Origin: Spirochaetales bacterium
GTDB taxonomy: Bacteria; Spirochaetota; Spirochaetia; Treponematales; UBA12059
DNA: 33,955 bases
Direction: 5' to 3'
Assembly (NCBI GenBank): GCA_016928955.1
Contig: JAFGJV010000023.1
Span: forward strand, 1 to 33,955
This document shows positions 1 to 8,043 of this stretch, piece by piece. The position numbers and the translations under genes are program-made. Each line of letters starts with the position of its first letter. Within the stretch, counting starts at the first letter, position 1. The notes below the pieces were generated by a model that was given only the letters and a program-made list of their open reading frames with translations, was not told the origin of the DNA and searched no databases.

Positions 1-106
1 GCGCTAGAAGCGAAGGTCCGCGGGTGGACGAGCATACTGCACTGTATGTGAGTCCTCACGCGGACCTGAGTGACGCCGCGATCCGCCAGCCATGAGGGGA
101 AGATAG

Positions 107-146
107 AAAAAGAACGGTATGCCTGGACGTCGTGTGCATACCGTTC
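107..146 (-). terminator. Intrinsic terminator-like hairpin downstream of the MAF gene
   Basis: Perfect 11-bp inverted repeat GAACGGTATGC (112-122) / GCATACCGTTC (136-146), followed on the minus strand by UUUUU (A-tract at 107-111). Confidence 0.65.
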
Positions 147-170
147 CGGTGAGCATGAACTCACATACCC

Positions 171-198
171 AGTATCGGTGTGCGGTTATGGTTTATTA
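171..198 (-). promoter_or_regulatory. Possible sigma28 (FliA)-type promoter
   Basis: Minus strand reads TAAT-N16-CCGATAC, against the consensus TAAA-N15-GCCGATAA; locally AT-rich and next to a MAF-family gene. Confidence 0.35.
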
Positions 199-229
199 AG
201 TAAATTTCTGCACATTGCGAAAACCGGTC

Positions 230-2032
230 CTATACGGAAATTCGCGATGCGGCCAGAAGCACCCTGTGCCACTCGGCGCTGGCCTTGATCTCTCCATAGA
301 GGCGCATGGATTTCTCCAGGCTCTCGACAAAGGTTCGGGAGCGGCCTTGCACAACATCCCGTACCGAGGGGAACAGGAACCCGACTATATCCCTGGCGGA
401 GTTTGCCAGGATCTGGGCGTCAAGCTCGGACAGCCGGTCCAGGAGCCCATCCAGTTCGCTGCCCGGAGCGTTTGCGGCTTTGGTTGCCAGGGCAAGACCG
501 TGGTCGGCAAGACGCTCTATGTCGACGAGGGCGTCCAACAGGGCCGACATGACGCCATCCGGATCCTGCCCCGCCGGGCGGCCTTCAGTCGCTGCCAAAG
601 CCGCCGACAGCGCTGCGTCTATCTGGCCACGTATGGAAGCTAAGGACAATGCGTCCTCCGGATCCGCCAGTGTCAGGCCAGGGATGGCCAGCCCTCCCCG
701 GGAAAAGGTCTGGCTACGCGTGGCCGGATGGCGCGCCACCCTGGACGCGAACCACCACGAGTACAGGGACAGCCGGCGGTCACTGACCAGCGTGGTGCCG
801 TCGTTTGCCTTGGCCTGGAAGGGCTGACCGCCCCTCATGGCCGCAAACAAGGCCGTGGACGCTGGTTCCAGGCGCGAACCGGCGCCGAGCATCCGTTGCT
901 CAAAGAGGCTCGCGCGCGCGTGGGTTCTACCCCGTGGAAAGCCCAGATCCAGCCCGGCCATATAGATGGGCGCGCACCCCATCAGCCTGGCGAGATCCCA
1001 GGCGCTCGTCGCCACGGAACCTCCCGCACCCAGGGTGCCCTTCGGGGTTCCAGACCGCCCCTCGAACCAGCGCCCGAGGGGATAGAGCGACGAGCACAGC
1101 ACGGTTGCGCGCGCATCGAGCCTGAACACGCTTGGCCATACCGCCGCCTCGGTGACCAGGATCGACGAGGGCGACGAACAGCGGTCAATGTGCCTGGCGT
1201 TCCAGTATTGGGGATCGACCACGACGACGATGTCAGGCTCGACTCCGGCTCTCAGGCAGGACCGAAGAGCTGTGTCCACGCACACGATCAGCATACGCTC
1301 GTGCAAACGCGGCAACTCGGGCGCCACATCGTCTAGCGACGGGCCGGCGGCCAGCACCAGCGCCGGGAAGCCCTCCGTTGCGCCGAACAGGGAGGAAACA
1401 CCGGGCAAGCGGGCAATCCGTTTGTAATTGGCGGCCAGGTTCCTTACCCAACGTCTGCCAAAACGCCTGAGCGTGGCTTCGTTGACGCTGTCCTTCTCCT
1501 TGAAGCGTTCCAGCGCCGTCTGGGCCCGCGAGCAAAATTCCGGAAAGGCGGCCCGGTACGCCGGGTTGACAAGATAGGCCAGCGAGCGCGGATCCATGCC
1601 CTCTACCACGGCCGACAGCCCGGAGATATCCTGCCCCGCGAGCACGTGGAACCGTTCATGCCGGATCAGGCCAGCAAGATCCCTCGCTCCCAGTGACGCG
1701 GCCAGCACACCCGGGTCCGGTTCCAGGACTAGCACGGCCGCGCCCTGGGCCAGAATGGCTTCGGCCGTGTACCCAAGGCCCATGCCAACGAGCACGACTA
1801 GTTCGGCGCCGGACGCCAGGGCTTCCTCGCCTATTTTCCTGGACTCGGCCTCGGGATCATAGCGGGAATGCGCCCATGACGAACCGAGCCTCAGGGTAGG
1901 AAGTCCTTTCCTGGATGCTTCCACGACCGGCGACACGTCCGGGAGAAGAGCCGGAGGCTGGCCGTCCCTGAGAAAATCCGCCACGCCGGGAAATCTTGCC
2001 AGCGCGCTGATAGTGTCGCCTGCCAGGCTCAT
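230..2032 (-). CDS. Motility-associated factor (MAF/DUF115, MptE-like) family protein, putative flagellin glycosylation
   Basis: 600 aa with HSRYDP, LVGMGLGY, AAGPSLD, CVDTAL, PDIVVVVDPQ, GGSVAT and IYMAGLDLGF motifs; ATGA overlap with the PBP stop. Confidence 0.8.
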   Translation of the reverse strand: MSLAGDTISALARFPGVADFLRDGQPPALLPDVSPVVEASRKGLPTLRLGSSWAHSRYDPEAESRKIGEEALASGAELVVLVGMGLGYTAEAILAQGAAVLVLEPDPGVLAASLGARDLAGLIRHERFHVLAGQDISGLSAVVEGMDPRSLAYLVNPAYRAAFPEFCSRAQTALERFKEKDSVNEATLRRFGRRWVRNLAANYKRIARLPGVSSLFGATEGFPALVLAAGPSLDDVAPELPRLHERMLIVCVDTALRSCLRAGVEPDIVVVVDPQYWNARHIDRCSSPSSILVTEAAVWPSVFRLDARATVLCSSLYPLGRWFEGRSGTPKGTLGAGGSVATSAWDLARLMGCAPIYMAGLDLGFPRGRTHARASLFEQRMLGAGSRLEPASTALFAAMRGGQPFQAKANDGTTLVSDRRLSLYSWWFASRVARHPATRSQTFSRGGLAIPGLTLADPEDALSLASIRGQIDAALSAALAATEGRPAGQDPDGVMSALLDALVDIERLADHGLALATKAANAPGSELDGLLDRLSELDAQILANSARDIVGFLFPSVRDVVQGRSRTFVESLEKSMRLYGEIKASAEWHRVLLAASRISV

Positions 2033-3897
2033 TCCAGCCTCAGCCGTATGGTGTCGCCGGGATTGACCGACGCTCCTGGCTCGGGCTCCTGCTCGACAAC
2101 CCAGCCCTCTCCTTCTATTTCCACCGTAATGTCCGTGCGGGCGAGTAGCGGCGTGAGCAGTCGTTTGGGCACGCCCCGCAAATCGGGCATTACCTGGCCT
2201 ATGGCCGCCGGCCCCAGCCCCGGAAGCATGATGCGGCCGCCGTGGGCCACGCTTGCCGACTCGCCGCGCGCCAGTCCGTACAGGTCGGCCACTATATTGG
2301 CCGCGTCCTTAACGAGCGGCGCCGCTATGCGACCGCCGTACGTGGACGCGCCGCGCGGCTTGATGATGGCCGCGTACACGATATACTCCGGCGCCTCGCT
2401 CGGGAACAGGGCCAGGGTGCTGGCAATAAAGTCGGTGTCGGAATAGCGCCGCGTCCGCGGGTCGATCATCTGTGCCGTACCCGTCTTGACCGACATCCGG
2501 AGATCCTCAATGCGGGCTCGCTTACCGGTACCCGTGTCCAGCACCACGGCCTCCATGGCCGTAAGGATGGTTGCGGCGCTCCGCTCGTCCATAACCCGGC
2601 GAACGGCTATAGGCTCGGTGGCGAGCGACACCTGGCCGTCCCTGTCCACAACGCGGCCGAGGGTCCGTGGCCTGAGGAGGACGCCGCCATTGGCCAGAGT
2701 CGTGGCCGCGGCCGTCATCTGGAGGGCCGTCACCAGGATTTCCTGCCCCATGGCCACCGTCGGCTTGGTACGGGCCGACCACTGGTCCGGCTTGCGGAAC
2801 ACGCCGGGGCTTTCTCCGGCCAGATCCGCGCCCGGGCGCTCTCCAAAGCCGAACTCCCGTATCTTGGCGTAGAAATCCAGCCCGGCAACGGTGTCCGACG
2901 CGTACGCCGCGCCGGCATTGCATGAGTATTCGAGGATTTTTGTCAGGTCGACCAGCCCGTGGGAGCCGAGACAGGTGATGGTAACCGTCTCTCCCGAGGT
3001 GACGGTGCGTTCGTAGCTGCCGTCGCACACGAACCCGGAGTGCTCGTCTATGCCGCCGAGCGCGAGAAGGGACGCCATGCTGTACACCTTGAAGACGGAT
3101 CCCGGCTCGTACGCGTAGATGGCGACCCGGTCCAGCCACTCGTGCTCGTCCGAGTCGAGGAAACGGTTCGGGTCAAAGTCTGGAAGCGACACGTAGGCGC
3201 TGACGGCTCCCGTACGCGCCTCCATGGCCACCATGACCACGGCTTCCGCGTCGTGCTCGTCCATGGCCTCGGCGCACAGCTTTTCCAGCCGGTACTGGAG
3301 GTCCGCGTCAACGGTCAGATACACCGACTGGCCGTACGAGTACGAACCGCGGGCTTTGGACGGATCGGCGGCAAGCTCGTCCTCAAAGGCAGCCTCCGCG
3401 CCAGCCAGGCCCTTGTTTTCCGTGCCCACAAAGCCCACCAGGTGGGCCGCGAGGTCTTTTTCCGGATACACGCGGCCGGACACACGGTCGAGCCTAAAGC
3501 CCGACAGGCCCGCTTCTGACAGCGCGTCCTGGAACGACCGCGCGTTGACGCCGTCTACCCTGCGCGCCAAATAGAAAAAATCAGGTCCGCTGGCCAGTCT
3601 GGTGCGGTAATCGGACATGTTTCCGCCTAGGTGGGTCTGGCATAAGCCGGCGTATCGGTCAACCAGGGCGGGATCTAGGCTTGGCCTCCAGGCGGATATG
3701 TCGTAGAGGTCGGTGTCAACGGCCAGGAGGCGGCCGTCCCTGTCGTATATCGAGCCTCTGACCTCTATGACGCCCTCGCCCGATGCGGGCTCGGCCTCAG
3801 GGGCCAGGGCAAACGCGGCATACCGCCACAGGGCCGAAAGGCCAAGCACGCCGAGGACGGCCAGGACGATGTATTGCCGTATGAAGCGCTTATCCAC
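2029..3897 (-). CDS. ftsI: Class B penicillin-binding protein (FtsI/PBP3-like) with C-terminal PASTA domain
   Basis: N-terminal TM anchor, RGSIYDRDG, SxxK (GSVFK), SxN (YSCN), KTG (KTGTAQ), PASTA-like MPDLRG...GEGWVVEQEP; start placed at GTG 3897 behind GGAG. Confidence 0.85.
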   Translation of the reverse strand: MDKRFIRQYIVLAVLGVLGLSALWRYAAFALAPEAEPASGEGVIEVRGSIYDRDGRLLAVDTDLYDISAWRPSLDPALVDRYAGLCQTHLGGNMSDYRTRLASGPDFFYLARRVDGVNARSFQDALSEAGLSGFRLDRVSGRVYPEKDLAAHLVGFVGTENKGLAGAEAAFEDELAADPSKARGSYSYGQSVYLTVDADLQYRLEKLCAEAMDEHDAEAVVMVAMEARTGAVSAYVSLPDFDPNRFLDSDEHEWLDRVAIYAYEPGSVFKVYSMASLLALGGIDEHSGFVCDGSYERTVTSGETVTITCLGSHGLVDLTKILEYSCNAGAAYASDTVAGLDFYAKIREFGFGERPGADLAGESPGVFRKPDQWSARTKPTVAMGQEILVTALQMTAAATTLANGGVLLRPRTLGRVVDRDGQVSLATEPIAVRRVMDERSAATILTAMEAVVLDTGTGKRARIEDLRMSVKTGTAQMIDPRTRRYSDTDFIASTLALFPSEAPEYIVYAAIIKPRGASTYGGRIAAPLVKDAANIVADLYGLARGESASVAHGGRIMLPGLGPAAIGQVMPDLRGVPKRLLTPLLARTDITVEIEGEGWVVEQEPEPGASVNPGDTIRLRLE

Positions 3898-3963
3898 GTC
3901 GTCTCCCGCCGTCTGTACCGGTAGTCCGCTTGGCGCCCGCGGCGGCACGTTCCGGCGCTCGCA

Positions 3964-4485
3964 TCACGGGCATCCCAGGGGACAGAGTACCACCCTTCCC
4001 CTCACTTTCTCAATCGGTACGGGGCCGTAGTCCCTGGAGTCCCAGGACTCCATCCGGTTGTCGCCCACCAGGTACACATGGCCTGCCGGTATATACAAGC
4101 CGTGCGCCAGCCTGACCTTCTGGGCATCGCTCAGGACCGCCCGCCCGCCTCTCCCGACCAATTCGCCGTTTTCTACGCGCACGAAGGCCGGGCCTGTCTC
4201 GAATACCCGCTTGACCGTCCTTGAACCGCCGGCCAGGGCCGCGTCGCTTACCACCACGTCTCCAGGCCTCGGTTCCGACCATGCCACAAGGTAACCGGGG
4301 AGCAGGGCGCGGGGCAGGCCGTATGCGCAGCGCAAGACAAGGACAAGGCTGTCCGGCGAGATGGCGGGCTCCATGGACCTGCCCCTGACTATATGCGCGT
4401 CCACCACAAAGCTTCGGAGCACCAGGGCGGCCGCGGCAGCGACCACAATGATCCTGCCCGCTCGCAGGCGTTTTTTTGCCGACAT
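3964..4485 (-). CDS. lepB: Signal peptidase I
   Basis: TM segment, catalytic Ser box (GRSMEP), Lys box (VKRV) and GDNRMESWDSRDYGPV; start placed at ATG 4485 behind GGAGG. Confidence 0.88.
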   Translation of the reverse strand: MSAKKRLRAGRIIVVAAAAALVLRSFVVDAHIVRGRSMEPAISPDSLVLVLRCAYGLPRALLPGYLVAWSEPRPGDVVVSDAALAGGSRTVKRVFETGPAFVRVENGELVGRGGRAVLSDAQKVRLAHGLYIPAGHVYLVGDNRMESWDSRDYGPVPIEKVRGRVVLCPLGCP

Positions 4486-4538
4486 CCGCCCTCCGCCTGG
4501 TCTCATCCCGCCTTCCAAAGGCGCCGATAGTGTAACGT

Positions 4539-5777
4539 ATGGACATGGAAAGCGTCATCTCCGCCCAGCATATCACCCATCGCCGCAAGCCGCCCAGGAC
4601 GGCGCAGCCAAGCGGACTGTTTGCCCACGACAGCCTCCTTCGCGCCGCGGCCACGGCCCGCTCAGCGAACCCCACCAGGCGTGACGCCGCGGCCCGCGTA
4701 CCCCAGGCAGCCAAGCTACTGGAAGAAATCCAGCTGTGGACCGAGCCTCTGGACACCCCGGTAGCCGCGTCGACTCCGGCCGCGAGGGGCCCCAGGCGGG
4801 CACCTAAGCCCAAGGCTGTCCGAGGCGACCACGGAAGGCTTAAGCCGCTTGTGTACGCAGGCGCTGTCGCTGCGTTCTTCCTGTCCGCCCTCACCCTGGC
4901 CGCGAGCGCAGAAGCAAAGCCATCACCGTCGGATATCAGCCTGCCCGAGGACGTTCAGGTTTCGTCGCTCCTTTTGTATTCCATAGCGCCGCCGCATGAA
5001 TCCGTGCCCAACGACACGGATTCCAGCCTCTCACTGCCCCGGCTGCCGGTAACCCTGGATGTGACGAACTACACCATCCAGAAAAACGACACGATAGACG
5101 GCATAGCGAGGCGCTTTGGCGTGCGCATGGATACGCTCATCAGCCTGAATGCCCTTGGCGACGCTCGACGCATCCGCGCTGGGGCCATCCTGAAAATCCC
5201 CAACATGGACGGTGTGGTACACACGGTGGCCAAAGGTGAGAGCCTGTCCGGCATAGCCCAGGCCAGGGGCGTACCGGTCATGGATATCATAGACGCCAAC
5301 GACATGGTCAGCCAGACCATACAGCCAGGCCAGCGGCTGTTCCTGCCCGGAGTGCGCCTGCCGAGCACGGAACTCAAGCGCGCCCTGGGCACCCTGGTAA
5401 CCTGGCCAGTCAGGGGATCCATCAGTTCCTATTACGGGTACCGGCCCAATCCTTTTACCGGTGTCAGGCAATGGCACTCGGGCATAGACATCGTCGCTCC
5501 GGTAAACTCCCCTGCCAAGGCGGCCATGGACGGACGCGTATCCGAAACGGGTTATTCGACCATATTCGGCAACTACGTGATCCTCACCCACGCCGACGGG
5601 TACCAGACGCTGTATGCTCACCTGAACAAGATCAGCGTCAAGCGAGGGGCCAGGGTCAACCAGGGCGCGTCCGTGGGCTTGATCGGCTCGACGGGGTACT
5701 CGACCGGGGTACATCTGCATTTTGGCGTGTTCAAGAACGGGGCGGCCATCAATCCGCTCAAAGTCCTAGGCTCGTGA
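4539..5777 (+). CDS. LysM-domain M23 family metallopeptidase
   Basis: TM segment, two LysM repeats (YTIQKNDTIDGIARRF; HTVAKGESLSGIA), M23 motifs HSGID and HLHF. Confidence 0.9.
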   Translation: MDMESVISAQHITHRRKPPRTAQPSGLFAHDSLLRAAATARSANPTRRDAAARVPQAAKLLEEIQLWTEPLDTPVAASTPAARGPRRAPKPKAVRGDHGRLKPLVYAGAVAAFFLSALTLAASAEAKPSPSDISLPEDVQVSSLLLYSIAPPHESVPNDTDSSLSLPRLPVTLDVTNYTIQKNDTIDGIARRFGVRMDTLISLNALGDARRIRAGAILKIPNMDGVVHTVAKGESLSGIAQARGVPVMDIIDANDMVSQTIQPGQRLFLPGVRLPSTELKRALGTLVTWPVRGSISSYYGYRPNPFTGVRQWHSGIDIVAPVNSPAKAAMDGRVSETGYSTIFGNYVILTHADGYQTLYAHLNKISVKRGARVNQGASVGLIGSTGYSTGVHLHFGVFKNGAAINPLKVLGS

Positions 5778-5801
5778 TACAGGAGTCGCGGAACAGGGAA
5801 C

Positions 5802-5830
5802 TTGCGCTTATCCAGGCCGCATGGTACTAT
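5802..5830 (+). promoter_or_regulatory. Sigma70-type promoter of the small ORF
   Basis: TTGCGC-N17-TACTAT with TG extended -10. Confidence 0.6.
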
Positions 5831-5850
5831 GGGCGGCCAATGGAGGAATT

Positions 5851-5973
5851 ATGAGAAAATTGGTGCTGGCCATCATAGCGGTGCTTGCCTTGGTGACCTT
5901 CATCCGCGACTATAGGCCTTCTTCCCAGAGTTCGGCGCAGCGCGCGCAGGTTGAGGCTCCGGTTGTAAACTGA
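5851..5973 (+). CDS. 40-aa single-pass membrane or secreted microprotein (not in ORF track)
   Basis: GGAGGA (5842-5847) before ATG 5851; translates as MRKLVLAIIAVLALVTFIRDYRPSSQSSAQRAQVEAPVVN*; flanked by a promoter and a terminator. Confidence 0.65.
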   Translation: MRKLVLAIIAVLALVTFIRDYRPSSQSSAQRAQVEAPVVN

Positions 5974-6016
5974 AAAAAGCGGGATTATAGGCTCCGCGGA
6001 CGAGCTGACACCCATA

Positions 6017-6051
6017 ACGAGCAGGATCGAGGTCCTGCTCGTATTTTTTTT
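6017..6051 (+). terminator. Rho-independent terminator
   Basis: ACGAGCAGGA / TCCTGCTCGT 10-bp stem followed by ATTTTTTTT. Confidence 0.85.
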
Positions 6052-6183
6052 CATACAGCATTTATGGATTTATGTGCACAAAAACATACGTACACACAGG
6101 CGCAGAATCATCCCGAACCTATTTTTAATAGTATTTCTTTCTATAAAAACAACTTACAAACTTTAATATTCTCGAATCCAACT

Positions 6184-6199
6184 TGGCACGCTTCTTGCA
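6184..6199 (+). promoter_or_regulatory. Sigma54 (RpoN) -24/-12 promoter
   Basis: TGGCACG-CTTC-TTGCA matches TGGCACG-N4-TTGCW with exact GG-N10-GC spacing, just upstream of the sigma factor RBS. Confidence 0.85.
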
Positions 6200-6226
6200 T
6201 TGAATATGGGTGCAGAGGTGATGACC

Positions 6227-7066
6227 ATGCCAAGCAGGACACAGAACGCCATGACCGAAGACAGCCTGAAGATGTACTACGAGCGCGTAAAGCTCATTCC
6301 TCTCCTCAGCGCCGAGGAGGAGCGGGAATTGTCCATGAGAATACAGATGGGTGAAGACGCCGCCCGGTCCCGCCTCATAGAAGCCAATCTGCGCCTGGTC
6401 ATCAAGATAGCGCGGTCTTTCAGCAATTTCGACATTCCGCTGGTGGATCTTATCCAAGAAGGCAACATGGGCCTTATCAAGGCCGCTGAGCGTTTTGATT
6501 ACCGGAAAAACGTCCGGTTCTCCACCTACGCTTCATGGTGGATCAAGCAGGCGGTTACACGGTCCCTGGTAAACTCCCGGCGGGCGATACGCCTGCCCCA
6601 CCGGAAGGAAGAGCTCATCCGCCGGATACACAAGATATACGGCGACCTGTCCCAGTCGCTGTCGCGCGAACCTACCCACGCCGAGCTTGCCAAGGAGCTG
6701 GGTATTTCTGCCCAGGCCGTGCGTGAAGCCCTAGAGCTGTCCAGCGCCATAGTGCCCCTGGAAACTGAGCACGACGAAGAGGATTGCGGTTCCGTCATAG
6801 ACGTGTTCGAGGACTTGACCTACAGCCCGGACATCCAGTTCGAGAGGGAGCAGGACCGTACAAGGACCCTGGCACTTTTGGAAGAGCTCATGGACAGGGA
6901 GCGCAAGGTGCTTATGTACCGTTTTGAGTTTTACGGCACCGGGCGCAGCACGTTGAAGACCATAGGCCAGACCATGGGTCTGTCAGCAGAAACCGTGCGC
7001 CAGATAGAAAAACGGGCCCTCCGTAAGCTGAGGGAGCGCAACACAGAACTGTACGAATACGCCTGA
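6227..7066 (+). CDS. RpoD/RpoS-family alternative sigma70 factor lacking region 1.1 (RpoS-like)
   Basis: Region 1.2 (DSLKMYY...IPLLSAEEE), region 2 (NLRLV, DLIQEGNMGL, RFSTYASWWIKQ), region 3 (REPT), region 4 HTH (ETVRQIEKRAL); GAGGTG RBS before ATG 6227. Confidence 0.9.
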   Translation: MPSRTQNAMTEDSLKMYYERVKLIPLLSAEEERELSMRIQMGEDAARSRLIEANLRLVIKIARSFSNFDIPLVDLIQEGNMGLIKAAERFDYRKNVRFSTYASWWIKQAVTRSLVNSRRAIRLPHRKEELIRRIHKIYGDLSQSLSREPTHAELAKELGISAQAVREALELSSAIVPLETEHDEEDCGSVIDVFEDLTYSPDIQFEREQDRTRTLALLEELMDRERKVLMYRFEFYGTGRSTLKTIGQTMGLSAETVRQIEKRALRKLRERNTELYEYA

Positions 7067-7122
7067 GCCGCGGGCTCCTGCCCCTTGCTCCGGCCCGCCC
7101 ATCCGTCGTATAGTCTTCCCAG

Positions 7123-8043
7123 ATGGGACGAAAAAGAACGCGCGGACAAACGAAAGGCGCAGCTTGGCTGGCCATGTTTGTCAGCGCGTTCATGGTTTTT
7201 GCCGCTTTGGCCATAGCCATAGTCGCGGCCAGGGCCGGGCGGGAACGGATATCCGGCCAAGGCCAGCCCGTGGCTGAGGGCGCGGCGCCGGACGTGGCCG
7301 AGCGCCCGGCTCCGGCGGACGAGCGGAAGCCGGCAATCAAGCCGGACCGGGACTCGCGCGGCACCCTTGTCTTTGTCATAGACGACGCCGGCCACAATAC
7401 CGGACAGTTGGATGCCTTTCTGGACTTTCCGGGTCCGCTGACCATAGCCGTACTGCCCGGCCTTCAGTATTCGGCCGAAGCCGCGGCCAGGGCCCGTGAT
7501 GCCGGCAAGGAAGTGATTCTCCATCAGCCCATGGAAGCCGTGGGTGGCCAGGATCCCGGGCCGGCGGCAGTCACGCTGGATATGCCTGAAGACGACGTAC
7601 GGTCCCTGATCCGAGCCAACCTTGCCGGTATCGGCGGTGCCGTTGGCATGAACAACCATATGGGAAGCGCCGTCACGGCCGATGAGCGCCTGATGACGAT
7701 AATCCTGGACGAGGCCCGCGCGGCCGGCGTCTATTACCTTGACTCTTTGACCTCCGGCGAATCCGTGGTACACTCCGTGGCTTCGCGATTGAACCTGCCA
7801 TGCTGGGAGCGCGCCGTGTTTCTAGACAACAGCCCTGATAGGGCATCCATAGTCGCCTACATCAACGAAGGGCTTAAAGTCGCGGAGAAACGCGGCTACG
7901 CGGTCATGATAGGGCATGTGTGGTCGGCAGAACTGGCCCAGACCCTGTCTGACCTGTATCCCGGCTTGCTGGAACAGGGTTTCAGCCTGTCGACCATATC
8001 CCGCATCATGATGGACAAGGACGATGAGGATACTGGGTATTGA
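7123..8043 (+). CDS. Divergent polysaccharide deacetylase family protein (YibQ-like)
   Basis: N-terminal TM, VIDDAG, LHQPME, NNHMGS, YLDSLT, VFLDN and IGH motifs. Confidence 0.88.
   Translation: MGRKRTRGQTKGAAWLAMFVSAFMVFAALAIAIVAARAGRERISGQGQPVAEGAAPDVAERPAPADERKPAIKPDRDSRGTLVFVIDDAGHNTGQLDAFLDFPGPLTIAVLPGLQYSAEAAARARDAGKEVILHQPMEAVGGQDPGPAAVTLDMPEDDVRSLIRANLAGIGGAVGMNNHMGSAVTADERLMTIILDEARAAGVYYLDSLTSGESVVHSVASRLNLPCWERAVFLDNSPDRASIVAYINEGLKVAEKRGYAVMIGHVWSAELAQTLSDLYPGLLEQGFSLSTISRIMMDKDDEDTGY

Noticed and set aside
50..75. SRP RNA-like TCAGGTCCG on the minus strand
   Set aside because: Lacks the following GAAGGAAGCAGC of SRP domain IV
5827..6457. ORF-track calls 5827-6054(-), 6064-6354(+), 6125-6457(-) and the TTG 6200 start of the sigma factor
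   Set aside because: They overlap the microprotein, terminator and sigma54 promoter; position 6200 lies upstream of the predicted TSS
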